This document shows positions 37,864 to 47,941 of a DNA stretch of 64,000 nucleotides, piece after piece. Position 1 is the first letter of the stretch. Every line of letters starts with the position of its first letter. The notes below the pieces were generated by a model. The model made no database searches, had not been told where the DNA came from, and saw nothing but the letters and a program-made list of their open reading frames with translations. The stretch spans positions 7,847 through 71,846 of the forward strand of contig CAMBUL010000004.1 in assembly GCA_945871065.1 (NCBI GenBank), written 5' to 3'. The position numbers were made by a program, and so were the translations under genes. Source of the DNA: Chthoniobacter flavus (GTDB lineage: Bacteria; Verrucomicrobiota; Verrucomicrobiia; Chthoniobacterales; JACTMZ01).

Positions 37864-39807
37864 ATGCACGCACTCGCTACGATCGATTACGCAATCATTA
37901 TTGGCTTTCTGACATTAAGCCTCGTTGCCGGGGTGATCATGACAAAGAGGGCTTCGACGAGCCTTGACCACTACTTCCTCGGCGGGCGCACGCTGCCGTG
38001 GTATCTGCTCGGCGTCGCGGGCATGGCCAACTGGTTTGACCTCACGGGGACAATGATCATCACGTCGTTCCTGTATATGCTCGGGCCGCGCGGGCTTTTT
38101 GTCGAGTTTCGTGGTGGCGCGGGGCTGGTTCTGATTTTCATGCTGGCCTTCACGGGAAAATGGCACCGCCGCTCGGGATGCATGACCGGGGCGGAGTGGA
38201 TGACATACCGCTTTGGCGAGGGCAAGGCGGCCGAGGGGTTGCGGCTGATGTCGGCGATTGTCGGCATCCTGATCACGGTCATGATGCTCGCCTATCTGAT
38301 CCGGGGAGCGAGCCTGTTTCTCGGGATGTTTTTCCCGTTCCCGGCGATCTACACGACGCTGGTCCTGATCACGGTCTCGACACTGTTCACCGTGAGCGCG
38401 GGCTTTTATGGCGTGGTGCTCACCGACCTGGTGCAGGGGCTGATCATCCTCACGTCGAGCGTCATCATCGCATTCCTCGCGTGGAACATGGTTCCCAACA
38501 GCGCCAGTCTGGCGGAAACGGCGTTCCAAGTCACGGGCAACGCCGGCTGGATCAACTCGCATCCCGCATGGCGCACCGAGATGCCCGCCGGCTACGAGGC
38601 CTACTCGCCGCTGATCATGGTCGCGGCATTCTATCTCCTTCGGAATGTTCTGGGCGGCTTTGGGACGGGGGCGGAGGCTCGCTTCTTCGGGGCGAAAAGC
38701 GACCGGGATTGCGGGCTGCAGTCCTTCCAGCAGGGGGTGATGCTGATGTTCCGCTGGCCGCTCATGATCGGGTTTGCCGTGATGGGCATTTACCTCGTGC
38801 ATTCCATGTATCCGGACCCGGCGGTAATCCACAAGGCCAGGGATGTGATTCAGGCGCAATACCCGGACACCACCGAATCCTTCTGGCACGATCTCACCGG
38901 CAGCATCATGACCTCGCCCGAGAAGCACCCGTCCGGGCTCACCGATGACCTGCAGTCACTGCTGGGAGCGGAATGGAAAGGCAAGCTGGCGCTGGTCGGA
39001 TTTCACGGCACGGTCAACCCGGAACAGATTCTTCCCGCCGTGCTGCTCAACATGGTGCCGGCCGGCTTGAAGGGCCTCATCGTCGTGGCTATGTTCGCTG
39101 CAATGATGTCGTGCAAGAACGGCCTGATGAACGGAGCCAGCGCGCTCTTCGTGAAGGATATTTATCAGAACTTCCTGCGCCCGAAAGCAGCGAACCGCGA
39201 GCTCATCATCGTTTCCTACACCTCGACGCTGGCGATCGTCTGCACCGGGTTCTACTTCGGCGTGGCCGCCACCAACATCAACAGCCTGTGGTCGTGGCTC
39301 ATCATGAGCCTGACCGCAGGGCAGATCGCCCCCCAGTTGCTGCGGCTCTATTGGTGGCGCTGCAACGCCTGGGGCATGATCGGCGGCACGGTGCTTGGAG
39401 CCGCAGGCGCGGTGGTCCAGCGCGCCTTGTATCCGCAGATGGCGGAGCCCTCGCAGTTCATGCTCATGACCGCGATCTCGTTTCTGGGAACCATCGTCGG
39501 ATCGCTGATCACCGCGCCGACGTCGCGGGAGGTTTTGAAAAACTTCTACCGCACGACTCGTCCGTTCGGTTGGTGGCGGCCGCTGCGCGGGGAATTCCAA
39601 GGGGCCGAGCGGGCTGCGATCGACCGCGAGAACCTCACGGACATCTTCACGCTGCCATTCGCCCTGATCTGGCTGGTGACCATGCTCTTGCTGCCGATGC
39701 AACTCGTAATCAAAGCCTACTCGGCATTTTTCTGGACCCTTCCGCTGTTCCTCTTCGGTCTGGCGGGCATGTATGTCTTCTGGTGGAAACCACTGATGAA
39801 AAAATAA
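37864..39807 (+). CDS. Sodium:solute symporter (SSS/SLC5) family transporter
   Basis: 647 aa and polytopic. N-terminal IDYAIIIGFLTLSLVAGVIM...HYFLGGRTLPWYLLGVAGMANWF is typical of the SSS family. Confidence 0.8.
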   Translation: MHALATIDYAIIIGFLTLSLVAGVIMTKRASTSLDHYFLGGRTLPWYLLGVAGMANWFDLTGTMIITSFLYMLGPRGLFVEFRGGAGLVLIFMLAFTGKWHRRSGCMTGAEWMTYRFGEGKAAEGLRLMSAIVGILITVMMLAYLIRGASLFLGMFFPFPAIYTTLVLITVSTLFTVSAGFYGVVLTDLVQGLIILTSSVIIAFLAWNMVPNSASLAETAFQVTGNAGWINSHPAWRTEMPAGYEAYSPLIMVAAFYLLRNVLGGFGTGAEARFFGAKSDRDCGLQSFQQGVMLMFRWPLMIGFAVMGIYLVHSMYPDPAVIHKARDVIQAQYPDTTESFWHDLTGSIMTSPEKHPSGLTDDLQSLLGAEWKGKLALVGFHGTVNPEQILPAVLLNMVPAGLKGLIVVAMFAAMMSCKNGLMNGASALFVKDIYQNFLRPKAANRELIIVSYTSTLAIVCTGFYFGVAATNINSLWSWLIMSLTAGQIAPQLLRLYWWRCNAWGMIGGTVLGAAGAVVQRALYPQMAEPSQFMLMTAISFLGTIVGSLITAPTSREVLKNFYRTTRPFGWWRPLRGEFQGAERAAIDRENLTDIFTLPFALIWLVTMLLLPMQLVIKAYSAFFWTLPLFLFGLAGMYVFWWKPLMKK

Positions 39808-39921
39808 TGGGACTTCCGCCATCAATTTTATGCAGGCTTTAACGTATTTTCCGCAAGCGCGGACGGCATTGCCTTTCCCACAACTTATCCAAAAGACCAC
39901 CCGCTGAATTTCGAAACACGC

Positions 39922-42306
39922 ATGAAGATTCTATATATAAAAATGTCAACATTCTTGTTCGCCGCTCTGTTCCCCGTGATTGTGGTGGCAGCGGATCTGC
40001 CCGCCCGGCCCCTGGTGGTTTTCGACTTCGCGCCGGCGCTGGCGAAGTTGGACCCGAAGGATCCAGTGGCCTTGAGGCGGCACTACGACGAGGTTCTGCT
40101 GGCGACCTGCCTGCAGGGCCTGGTGAACAGGGACGAGCCCCGGATCTTCATCCGATACAACGCGCGGAACGACGATTTCTGGTTTGAAAAAATGACCGAG
40201 CCGGGCGGGTGGATGGCCGGACGGAAGGTCGAGCGGGCCACCTCGCTGCGGGATTTGACGGAAAGGTTTTCAGACTCTTTCAAGGGCCTTGTGGTCTGGG
40301 ATGAAAGGGTGCCTGCCACGTCCAATGTGGCGGCCACGGTGGCCGGGGTGGAGAACTTGCTGCCGATCCGGTTCGACGAACACGAGGGCTCCCTCTACCG
40401 CGAGCTGGCCTTCGGTGATGCTCCGCTCAAAATCGCGCACCGCCTTCTGGCCGATGATGGCGGACCACTTTTCACCGGCAAAGGCGACATCCCCGGCACA
40501 GACCGCCAATCAACCGGCAGCGCAAAGAACGACGCCTACATCTGGCTGTTGGAGAATTTCATCAAGCCGGGACGGACGAACCCGCGCATGCTCGGGTATT
40601 ATATCGATGGATTCTGGCTGAAATGCTGGCAGGCGTCCTCGCTGGAAAACCACACGATCAACAACCTCGACTTCCTCGTTGCCAATCGCGGGGCGATTCT
40701 GGATCTCAATGTCTGGGAGGATGAGGCAACCGTGGACGACCCCGGCCAGGCGCCCGGCACCGACCTCAGGACGCTGCGGGAAATCCTCATGGCTTGCGTG
40801 GAAAACACGAAGCGAAAGGAGATGATCGCAGTGTTCGGCTTTGTCTCCTGGGCGCACAAATATACCAATGTCACAACCAACGGATGGCATGCCGGAGGAA
40901 CACATCCTGCCGTGGCGACCGAATGGGAATGGATCGAGATTCTCTCGGCCTACAACGTTTTTACAGAGCCGGATGCACTCGGGTATCCGTCGTTTCCCAA
41001 CGCCTCCTTCTATCAACATTTTCCTGTGCCGGATGTGGTCCCGCAGAATGCCACGCCAACGCGGGAAAAGCTCATTGCCGATGGCGTGCTCGACAAGAAT
41101 GGACGGCTGCTGCCAGTGAATTATTATGCGCACAACCAGGGCGACTACGATTGCGCGGCCTGGGTTTACCAGCATTTTCCCGATGTGCTGTCCGATCCGG
41201 CGAGGGGCAAGTTGCCGCTCTCCTGGGCGATCAGCCCGAATCTCGCCGCACGTTTTCCTTTCGGCATTCACTACATCCGCAGCCATGCGGCCGCGAAGGA
41301 GGTTTTTGTCGCTGGCGAGGCGGCCGGCTACTTGAATCCCGCGCTGCTTCAGTCCCCGCGGCCCGCGCCCGGGCTTCCCGATGCTCTGGATCTCTGGGTG
41401 GCGCATAATCAAAAATGGTATCGCCAATGGGATATCGATGTCACCGGGTTCAATGTGGATGGAAATACTCCGATGATGAACGACAGGGCCTTCGCCGCGT
41501 ATCAGAAATTTTCTCCCGGCGGTCTGGGCAGCCTCCGTGCTCCCAGCGCATTCGGGGTCCGGCAAAACCTGCCCTATATCCAAATGACGTCGGACTTGCC
41601 CGGACATAAGGGGAGTGCGGACATGGGAGAGACAGTCAAAACTCTTAACTCGTTGTTCGAGGCGGAGGTTCCGAATTTTGTGCTCGTGCGCACGATCCTG
41701 CAGGTGCCGTCGTATTATGCGGAGCTTGAAAAGCGCCTGCTGGAGCCGGGCCATCTCCCGAACATGCTCGTGGACATGCCGACACTTTTTTGGCTCATCC
41801 GGGAATATGTTTCCGATCCGAGTTATCAGCCGACCCGGCCATCGTTCGCTGATAGCCCATCCGTCATGGCCAGCCCCGAAAAGAGCAGCGGCCTGCGGAC
41901 CCGGCGCGTCGGAGACGGGGTGTTTCAAATCGACAAGACCGAATTGGCGTGGGTGGTGGCCGGTGGCGGTGCCCGATACCTGTATTTCGATGTGGCGGAC
42001 GATTTTGCGAAAGCCCTCTCAGCCGGCCACGGCGGCCGCCTTCGCGTGACGTATCTGGATGCGGCTCCGGGCACGCTGGGTGTGGATTACGATTCCAGTG
42101 ATGCGACGGCCTTGATCGCCGGGGCTTACAAGACTGCCACGCCCGTGACCATGACCGGCAGCGGGAAAGTCGTGACCGCCGAATTCGACCTGCCCGACGC
42201 GATATTCACCAACCGCCAGGGCGGCAACAGCGACTTCCGCATTCATGCCGGAGGAATGCCCCTGCGGATATTCGCGGTCGAAGTCTTAAAAAAATCAGTC
42301 CCATGA
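39922..42306 (+). CDS. Secreted GxGYxYP-like putative glycoside hydrolase (paralog 2)
   Basis: Signal peptide (start may be Met 39943). LQGLVNRDEPRIFIRY, TGSAKNDAYIWLLENF, MLGYYIDGFWL and motif AGEAAGYLNPA. It has an extra C-terminal beta-rich domain. Confidence 0.6.
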   Translation: MKILYIKMSTFLFAALFPVIVVAADLPARPLVVFDFAPALAKLDPKDPVALRRHYDEVLLATCLQGLVNRDEPRIFIRYNARNDDFWFEKMTEPGGWMAGRKVERATSLRDLTERFSDSFKGLVVWDERVPATSNVAATVAGVENLLPIRFDEHEGSLYRELAFGDAPLKIAHRLLADDGGPLFTGKGDIPGTDRQSTGSAKNDAYIWLLENFIKPGRTNPRMLGYYIDGFWLKCWQASSLENHTINNLDFLVANRGAILDLNVWEDEATVDDPGQAPGTDLRTLREILMACVENTKRKEMIAVFGFVSWAHKYTNVTTNGWHAGGTHPAVATEWEWIEILSAYNVFTEPDALGYPSFPNASFYQHFPVPDVVPQNATPTREKLIADGVLDKNGRLLPVNYYAHNQGDYDCAAWVYQHFPDVLSDPARGKLPLSWAISPNLAARFPFGIHYIRSHAAAKEVFVAGEAAGYLNPALLQSPRPAPGLPDALDLWVAHNQKWYRQWDIDVTGFNVDGNTPMMNDRAFAAYQKFSPGGLGSLRAPSAFGVRQNLPYIQMTSDLPGHKGSADMGETVKTLNSLFEAEVPNFVLVRTILQVPSYYAELEKRLLEPGHLPNMLVDMPTLFWLIREYVSDPSYQPTRPSFADSPSVMASPEKSSGLRTRRVGDGVFQIDKTELAWVVAGGGARYLYFDVADDFAKALSAGHGGRLRVTYLDAAPGTLGVDYDSSDATALIAGAYKTATPVTMTGSGKVVTAEFDLPDAIFTNRQGGNSDFRIHAGGMPLRIFAVEVLKKSVP

Positions 42307-44819
42307 GTATTTCTCCCATTGTTGAATCAGGTGCCATCGTCATCTGCAACCACTGGACGCAGTTCGGGATCGGCGAGACGTTTCCCGAGGGCGAAATTGA
42401 TGGGCGATGGTATCAGCGGAATTTCTCGACCGTCTTCGGGTTTGAGGCCGGGCGGAGCTGGCTGGAGGCCGATCCGCGAAACCGCATCTGCCATGAATAT
42501 GACGCCTATTTCCTGGAGGCGCTCGCAGCGGAGCATCCGGAGTATCTCGATACGATCCGGGATCTGCTCGACCGCGGGCTGATGGAGCTGCCCGGGGGGA
42601 CATTCGGCCAGGCAGAGTCGCAGGTGTTTGGCTACGAGTCGGCCCTCCGGCAGTTGACCTTCGGGCAGGCCGCCTACCGGCGGCACCTCGGGCGTGCGGT
42701 CGAAACATTCCTCGTCGAGGAGCAGAATTTTTTTCCGCAACTGCCGCAACTGCTGAAGCTCGCCGGCTTCAAATATGCGAGTATCCAGTTTCAGAATTCC
42801 GGCCTGACGCCGAGCCTGCCGCACGATCTCATGCTCTGGGAGGCACTTGACGGCACCACAATCCCCACGGTGCCGAACCATCCGGGGATGCTTTCCTGCG
42901 CCCGGCAGTCCCCCACGCTGGACGAAATGGCGGCGATGAACGAGGAGGAACGGCGACGGACGAACCTCGATCCGGTGAGTGCCCCGGCCTACGATGATAT
43001 CGTCGCACAGTTGGCCGGGCGGAAATCACCGCTGATTTTCCAATGGATGGAACTCTGGCCGCCGGGGCTGGACTGGGGGGCATCGGTCGAGCCTTACCGC
43101 GAAGCCATTCACGCGCTCGAAGCCAGGGGCTTCCGCCAGATGCTCCTCACCGAGTATATCCGGTGGGCGCTGGGCCGCAGTGAGGCGCCCAAGGTCCGCA
43201 TCCCGCTCGACCAGTCGAACTATAACAACAATTTCTTCCTTGGCGGATGGGGCTATGAAAATGAGAAAACCGCACGGGGGTCGAACCGCTGTGAGAGCCT
43301 GCTGTTGGCGGCGGAGTCGCTGTGCGCCGGTGGTGGCGCGGAGCGGATCCGGCAGCGCGTCGGCAAGCGGATGCGCGATCTGTGGGCAAGGCTGCTGGTC
43401 GCGCAAAACCATGACCCCTACATTGCGGGTGCGCTGCCGGTTTACATCGACGGGCTGCGGTCCTTTCAAAGCGAACTGGCCGTCAAGGAATTCGCCGGGC
43501 TGCAACAAACTCTGCGCGACGAAGCGGGGCTGGATGCGCCGCTCACGCCGGAAGATCATACTTTCCGCATTTTCAATCCGTGTCCGTGGGCCGTGACCAC
43601 GCCGCTGCTTTTGGAAACCAGTGAACTGGTCTGGCCGGATCACGATTACCAACTTGGCAGGAACGGGAAGCAGACCAATGTGGCGGCGGCCTTCCGCTCG
43701 GATGACGGGCGGATTCTGCTGGGCCCGGTTCTGATGCAACTGCCCGCCTATGGCACCGCCGATCTAACAATCAAATCTTCCGCGACGAAAACCCATGCAA
43801 CCTCGTCCGGCAAGGCCCCCAATTTGGCTGCCCGGCGGAAAGGTCATGTCTGGACTGTGGAGGAAGATGGGTTGGCGGGAATCGAGTTTGAACCGCTGGT
43901 CGGTGAATGGCGGCAGATGCCGACGTATTTCACCGCGCTGCCGCCGAATCCAAATATTGAGGCCTGCCATCCGCGCCTCGCGGACGCGCCGGTTGAGCAA
44001 CTCTGGCAGCGGTGCTCGGACGGAATGGCGGTCGCGGCCTGGCAGCAGGATTTGATGCGGATTCGCAAGGTGGAACAGCCCGCGCTCTCGGTCTCCGGAT
44101 TGGCTTTTGCCGGTGGCGGGCCAGCCCCGTTTGTCCAGTTCAACCAACGCTTGACCGGGCCGATCCGCTTTGAAGTTGGTGCGCGTCCGACCGGCACATG
44201 GCGCTTCCGGGTGCGTGTGCCATCCACCAAGGTCCGCGTGTTTGCCGATGCTCCATTTTCCGAAGAGTTGCGCGAAGCGGAGACATTTTATTGCGCCCGT
44301 TATGTGCGACTGGAATGGCCGGGGCGACAACTGCTCTGGTGCCCGTCGCAAAACACCTTGTTCCGGCGCATCGCAGAGCCGAAGGCCACCGTGTTCGAGT
44401 GCACGGTTTTTGATTTCAGTTTTTCCGGCACAGCGAGTTGGGCCATGCGCTTCCATGCCGCCGATTCGTTCTCCGCCGCCGGGTCCATGAGGCTGGCGGA
44501 GACGTTCCACCGGCGGCCGTTCCGCATTCCGGGTGACGCCACCGCCGGCCGGTTCGCCGGTGTCGCCGTGGACCATCCCGATGTCCTGATCACGCATGTC
44601 TTTCCGGCCACCCGTGGCGCGGCCGGCATTCGCCTGCTCAATGCGTCCCCGCTTGCGAGCGATGCCCGCATCACTTGGGGAGAAAAATTCCGGAGCGTGA
44701 GCCTTTCGGATTTGGAGGGAAACATCGTGCCTCGCAACTGGCGGCATGCGGGCCAGCCGCGGCACCAATGGCCATACACCTTTCGCCCCTGGGAGATTGC
44801 CACCTTCCGCGTGAGCTGA
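42303..44819 (+). CDS. GH38-like (alpha-mannosidase-fold) protein with divergent catalytic motifs
   Basis: 838 aa, ATGA overlap with the upstream gene. The N-terminal region parallels GH38 (LLDRGLMELPGGTFGQAESQVFGYESALRQLTFGQ...LPQLLKLAGFKYASIQ). No signal peptide is present. Confidence 0.5.
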   Translation: MSISPIVESGAIVICNHWTQFGIGETFPEGEIDGRWYQRNFSTVFGFEAGRSWLEADPRNRICHEYDAYFLEALAAEHPEYLDTIRDLLDRGLMELPGGTFGQAESQVFGYESALRQLTFGQAAYRRHLGRAVETFLVEEQNFFPQLPQLLKLAGFKYASIQFQNSGLTPSLPHDLMLWEALDGTTIPTVPNHPGMLSCARQSPTLDEMAAMNEEERRRTNLDPVSAPAYDDIVAQLAGRKSPLIFQWMELWPPGLDWGASVEPYREAIHALEARGFRQMLLTEYIRWALGRSEAPKVRIPLDQSNYNNNFFLGGWGYENEKTARGSNRCESLLLAAESLCAGGGAERIRQRVGKRMRDLWARLLVAQNHDPYIAGALPVYIDGLRSFQSELAVKEFAGLQQTLRDEAGLDAPLTPEDHTFRIFNPCPWAVTTPLLLETSELVWPDHDYQLGRNGKQTNVAAAFRSDDGRILLGPVLMQLPAYGTADLTIKSSATKTHATSSGKAPNLAARRKGHVWTVEEDGLAGIEFEPLVGEWRQMPTYFTALPPNPNIEACHPRLADAPVEQLWQRCSDGMAVAAWQQDLMRIRKVEQPALSVSGLAFAGGGPAPFVQFNQRLTGPIRFEVGARPTGTWRFRVRVPSTKVRVFADAPFSEELREAETFYCARYVRLEWPGRQLLWCPSQNTLFRRIAEPKATVFECTVFDFSFSGTASWAMRFHAADSFSAAGSMRLAETFHRRPFRIPGDATAGRFAGVAVDHPDVLITHVFPATRGAAGIRLLNASPLASDARITWGEKFRSVSLSDLEGNIVPRNWRHAGQPRHQWPYTFRPWEIATFRVS

Positions 44820-44984
44820 TTTTTCAGAACGCCCGATGAAACGAACCAGCATGACCGGCAAGCCCTGCGCGGGTGCTTGCTTGACATGTGCAGCCATGAT
44901 CCGCCCATGATGGCACCGGAAAGTTGTCTTCTGTGACCGCTGTCCGGTTTCCATCACAATCCACCCAGTAAAACCCAAAAATCC

Positions 44985-46364
44985 ATGACATCCAACACGT
45001 CTCCCAAACACGGAATCGGCTTTGTCCTCTACGCCAGCGCGGTCGCCGCTCTTGGCGGGCTGATCTTTGGCTATGACACTGCGGTGATTGCCGGCACCGT
45101 CGAGTTCCTGCAGATCCGCTTCCAACTCTCGGATCTTGCACTCGGCTGGACGGTGTCCAGTGCTCTGCTGGGCAGTGTCGCCGGGGCCTGGCCGGCTGGC
45201 TGGATGGGCGACGCCTTGGGCCGCAAGCGCTCGCTGCTCGTGTGTGCGGTGTTGTTTTTTCTCTCTGCGGTCTGGTCGGGACTGGCCAACAGCGCGGGCG
45301 AACTTGCTGCCGCACGCATTCTCGGCGGCCTGGGCGTCGGTGCCGCATCCATGCTCACGCCGGTGTATATTTCGGAAATCTCGCCGGCCCGGATGCGCGG
45401 CGCGCTGACGACGCTGAACCAGATCGCCATCCTCCTCGGCATGGTGGCGGTCTATATTGTCAACGCGCAACTGGCGGCAGCCGGCGATGAGGCATGGCGG
45501 GTGGCCACCGCATGGCGCTGGATGTTCGCGTCCGAGGCCCTGCCGGCCGCATTATTTTTCTTCCTGCTGCTGGGCATCCCGGAATCTCCCCGCTGGCTCG
45601 TCATGCGTGGGTTCGAGGACAAGGCCCGGGCGATCCTCGGACGCCTCGACCCGCGTGGCAATCCCCAAGCCCAGCTCGCGGAAATCCATGCCTCCGCTTC
45701 CCACACGTCGGGGCATTTTTCCGACTGCCTGCGCCCGCCGGTGCGGCGGATCTTCATCATCGGCGCGGTTCTCGGGATTTTCCAGCAAATCACCGGCATC
45801 AACATCGTGATGTATTACGCGCCGCGCATTTTCACCAGCGCCGGCATCGAGACCACCTCGGCCATCGGCCACTCGGTCATCATCGGACTGGTCATGCTCG
45901 GCTTCACCGTGGTGACATTGCTGCTGGCCGACCGGGCCGGTCGGCGTCCGCTGCTGCTGATTTCCACGGCGTGCATGGCGGCGGGATTGTTCGGGCTGGG
46001 CGCTGCCTATTCCGTTGGTGGCGAGGCCGGGAGTGGGAGCATGCTCCTCTGGGTGCTGATCTATGTGGCGGGCTTTTCCATCGGCATGGGACCGCTGGTC
46101 TGGACGGTGATCGCCGAGATCTTCCCCAACCGCGTGCGCGCCCATGCTGTCAGCATCACGGTACTTCTGCTCTGGCTCGCCAACTTCGCGGTGTCCCAGT
46201 TCTTCCCCTTCCTGTTGCGGACCTACGAATACAAGGTGTTCTGGTTCTTCGGGGCGACCTGCGTCGCCGCCCTCGCCTTCATTTGGAAGTTTATTCCGGA
46301 AACCAAGGGCCGCTCGCTTGAAGAACTGGAAAACCTGCTCGGGGAAAAACTGCGCGCGGAGTGA
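44985..46364 (+). CDS. MFS sugar porter (XylE/GalP-type sugar:H+ symporter)
   Basis: LGGLIFGYDTAVIAG, GRKRSLL, GIPESPRWL and IPETKGRSLEELE signatures. Confidence 0.88.
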   Translation: MTSNTSPKHGIGFVLYASAVAALGGLIFGYDTAVIAGTVEFLQIRFQLSDLALGWTVSSALLGSVAGAWPAGWMGDALGRKRSLLVCAVLFFLSAVWSGLANSAGELAAARILGGLGVGAASMLTPVYISEISPARMRGALTTLNQIAILLGMVAVYIVNAQLAAAGDEAWRVATAWRWMFASEALPAALFFFLLLGIPESPRWLVMRGFEDKARAILGRLDPRGNPQAQLAEIHASASHTSGHFSDCLRPPVRRIFIIGAVLGIFQQITGINIVMYYAPRIFTSAGIETTSAIGHSVIIGLVMLGFTVVTLLLADRAGRRPLLLISTACMAAGLFGLGAAYSVGGEAGSGSMLLWVLIYVAGFSIGMGPLVWTVIAEIFPNRVRAHAVSITVLLLWLANFAVSQFFPFLLRTYEYKVFWFFGATCVAALAFIWKFIPETKGRSLEELENLLGEKLRAE

Positions 46365-46415
46365 TCCGGAGGGAATCCCGCAACGCCGCCAAGCACAGAG
46401 CGAAGGTTGCGTTTC

Positions 46416-47828
46416 TCACGGGGTGGCGGATTGGCTTCGAATTTCTTCGAGCTTGCGGCGGGTTTCGGCGGCGCGGGCGGGAGTGATCGGGAAGCGCAGC
46501 ATGAAGAGCGCCCCGGCAAAGAGCCCTCCCGCCTGCAACACCACATAGAGCACCCGCAGCCAGGTGACCGTCTGCTCGCTTGGCTCCTGGCCCTCGACAA
46601 AACCGCACACTTTCAACAGCACGCCGGTGAGCAGAGTCATCAGGGACATGGCCACCTTGTCGCTGAACAGGAAGGCGGACCAATACATGCCCTCGCGGCG
46701 GTGGCCGGTGGCCACCTCATCCTCTTCACAGATATCGCCCACCATCGAGCCGATGAGCACCCAGCACATGTTGAGCGTGATGCCCGCCACAAAATACGAG
46801 ACCAACTGCAAATACGGCGCGGCGGGAGTGATCGTCCACCACATCGAGGCATGCGCCAACGCAGCCACGGCGAGCGCCAGCGCGGTCGTGTTCTTTTTTC
46901 CCAGCCGCCCCGAAACCCATGTGGCAATGGGCATCGCGGGAATTCCAAGGATCGTGAGCATTGTTCCCACCAACCCCGCAATCACCCCGGTCATGACCTT
47001 ATCTCCCTGGCAGACGTAAAACAGCGTGATGTAAAACGAATATGAACCCGCCATGTAGAGCCCGAGCTTGAGGAGCAGGTTGGAAACAACCAGCGTGCGG
47101 AACGGGCTGTTGCGCCAAGTGGCTTTGAAGGACGCCCAAAACTTCATGCCCTCCTTGCGCTCGCCCGCCTGACGCTCCCGCGTGAAGAGCGCGGGGCTGA
47201 GCCCGGCAACCAGGATCACGACAGCCACGGCAGCCGCCACCCACCTCACGCCCACCACCTCATCGCCGCCGAAAATCGGGCGCAGGGCCAGCCAGTAAAG
47301 CCAGGGCGCGCTGATGCCAACGGATTGCGCCGCGTAGAACCGCCAGGTGAGCACCTTCGTGCGCTCGTAGTAATCGGGCGTCATTTCCAACCCCAGCGTG
47401 TTGTAGGGGATCGAAAAAATCGGGTAGGCCACCGCCAGGTTCATGATCGCAAAAAACAACAACCACCCGAACAGCATCGACTGACCCCACTCCGGGGACG
47501 GCAGCCAGGTCAGAACGGTGGTGGCGGCAGCCAGCAGGGTGCCGACAAAAATCCATGGCCGCCTGCGCCCCCAGCGCGACCGGGTGTTGTCCGAAAGATG
47601 CCCGACGAGCGGATCGCCGAACGCGTCGATCAGGCGCGGGATCGCCAGCGCCAGCCCGACCAGCACGGCATTGAGCCCGAGCGCCACGTTGAAAATCGGC
47701 ATGGCCAGCGCGCTGAGCACGTTGGGGATCATGTAGTCCGCCGCCCCACCCGCGCCCCAGGCAATCTTCTGCTTCAGCGGCACAATATCCTCCGGCCGCA
47801 CGGCGGAGGTTTCAGAATCTTTGGTCAT
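46416..47828 (-). CDS. Glycoside-pentoside-hexuronide (GPH/MelB-like) cation symporter
   Basis: DAFGDPLVGHLSDNTRSRWGRRRPWI (GPH signature), 12-TM pattern, 470 aa. Confidence 0.85.
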   Translation of the reverse strand: MTKDSETSAVRPEDIVPLKQKIAWGAGGAADYMIPNVLSALAMPIFNVALGLNAVLVGLALAIPRLIDAFGDPLVGHLSDNTRSRWGRRRPWIFVGTLLAAATTVLTWLPSPEWGQSMLFGWLLFFAIMNLAVAYPIFSIPYNTLGLEMTPDYYERTKVLTWRFYAAQSVGISAPWLYWLALRPIFGGDEVVGVRWVAAAVAVVILVAGLSPALFTRERQAGERKEGMKFWASFKATWRNSPFRTLVVSNLLLKLGLYMAGSYSFYITLFYVCQGDKVMTGVIAGLVGTMLTILGIPAMPIATWVSGRLGKKNTTALALAVAALAHASMWWTITPAAPYLQLVSYFVAGITLNMCWVLIGSMVGDICEEDEVATGHRREGMYWSAFLFSDKVAMSLMTLLTGVLLKVCGFVEGQEPSEQTVTWLRVLYVVLQAGGLFAGALFMLRFPITPARAAETRRKLEEIRSQSATP

Positions 47829-47921
47829 GGGGATTTGATGGGAACAGCGGGCCGGTCCAAAAACCGGCCGTCACCGGGGATTCTTTCCCGCACCCCCTTG
47901 CCCGCGCAAAGCAATTCAGGA

Positions 47922-47941
47922 CACGATTCGTGCCAATCGTG
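47922..47941. promoter_or_regulatory. Perfect 7-bp inverted repeat CACGATT-N6-AATCGTG in the long leader of the GPH transporter gene
   Basis: cacgatt (47922-47928), cgtgcc, aatcgtg (47935-47941). TTGGCAC occurs twice on the minus strand around it. Confidence 0.3.

Noticed and set aside
40510-41928. 472-aa minus-strand ORF inside GxGYxYP paralog 2
   Set aside because: It is antisense to a gene supported by paralogy with 35239..37752, and no motifs are present.
43764-45470. 568-aa minus-strand ORF
   Set aside because: It crosses the GH38-like gene, an intergenic spacer and the MFS porter on the opposite strand, so it cannot be a real gene alongside those strongly supported calls.
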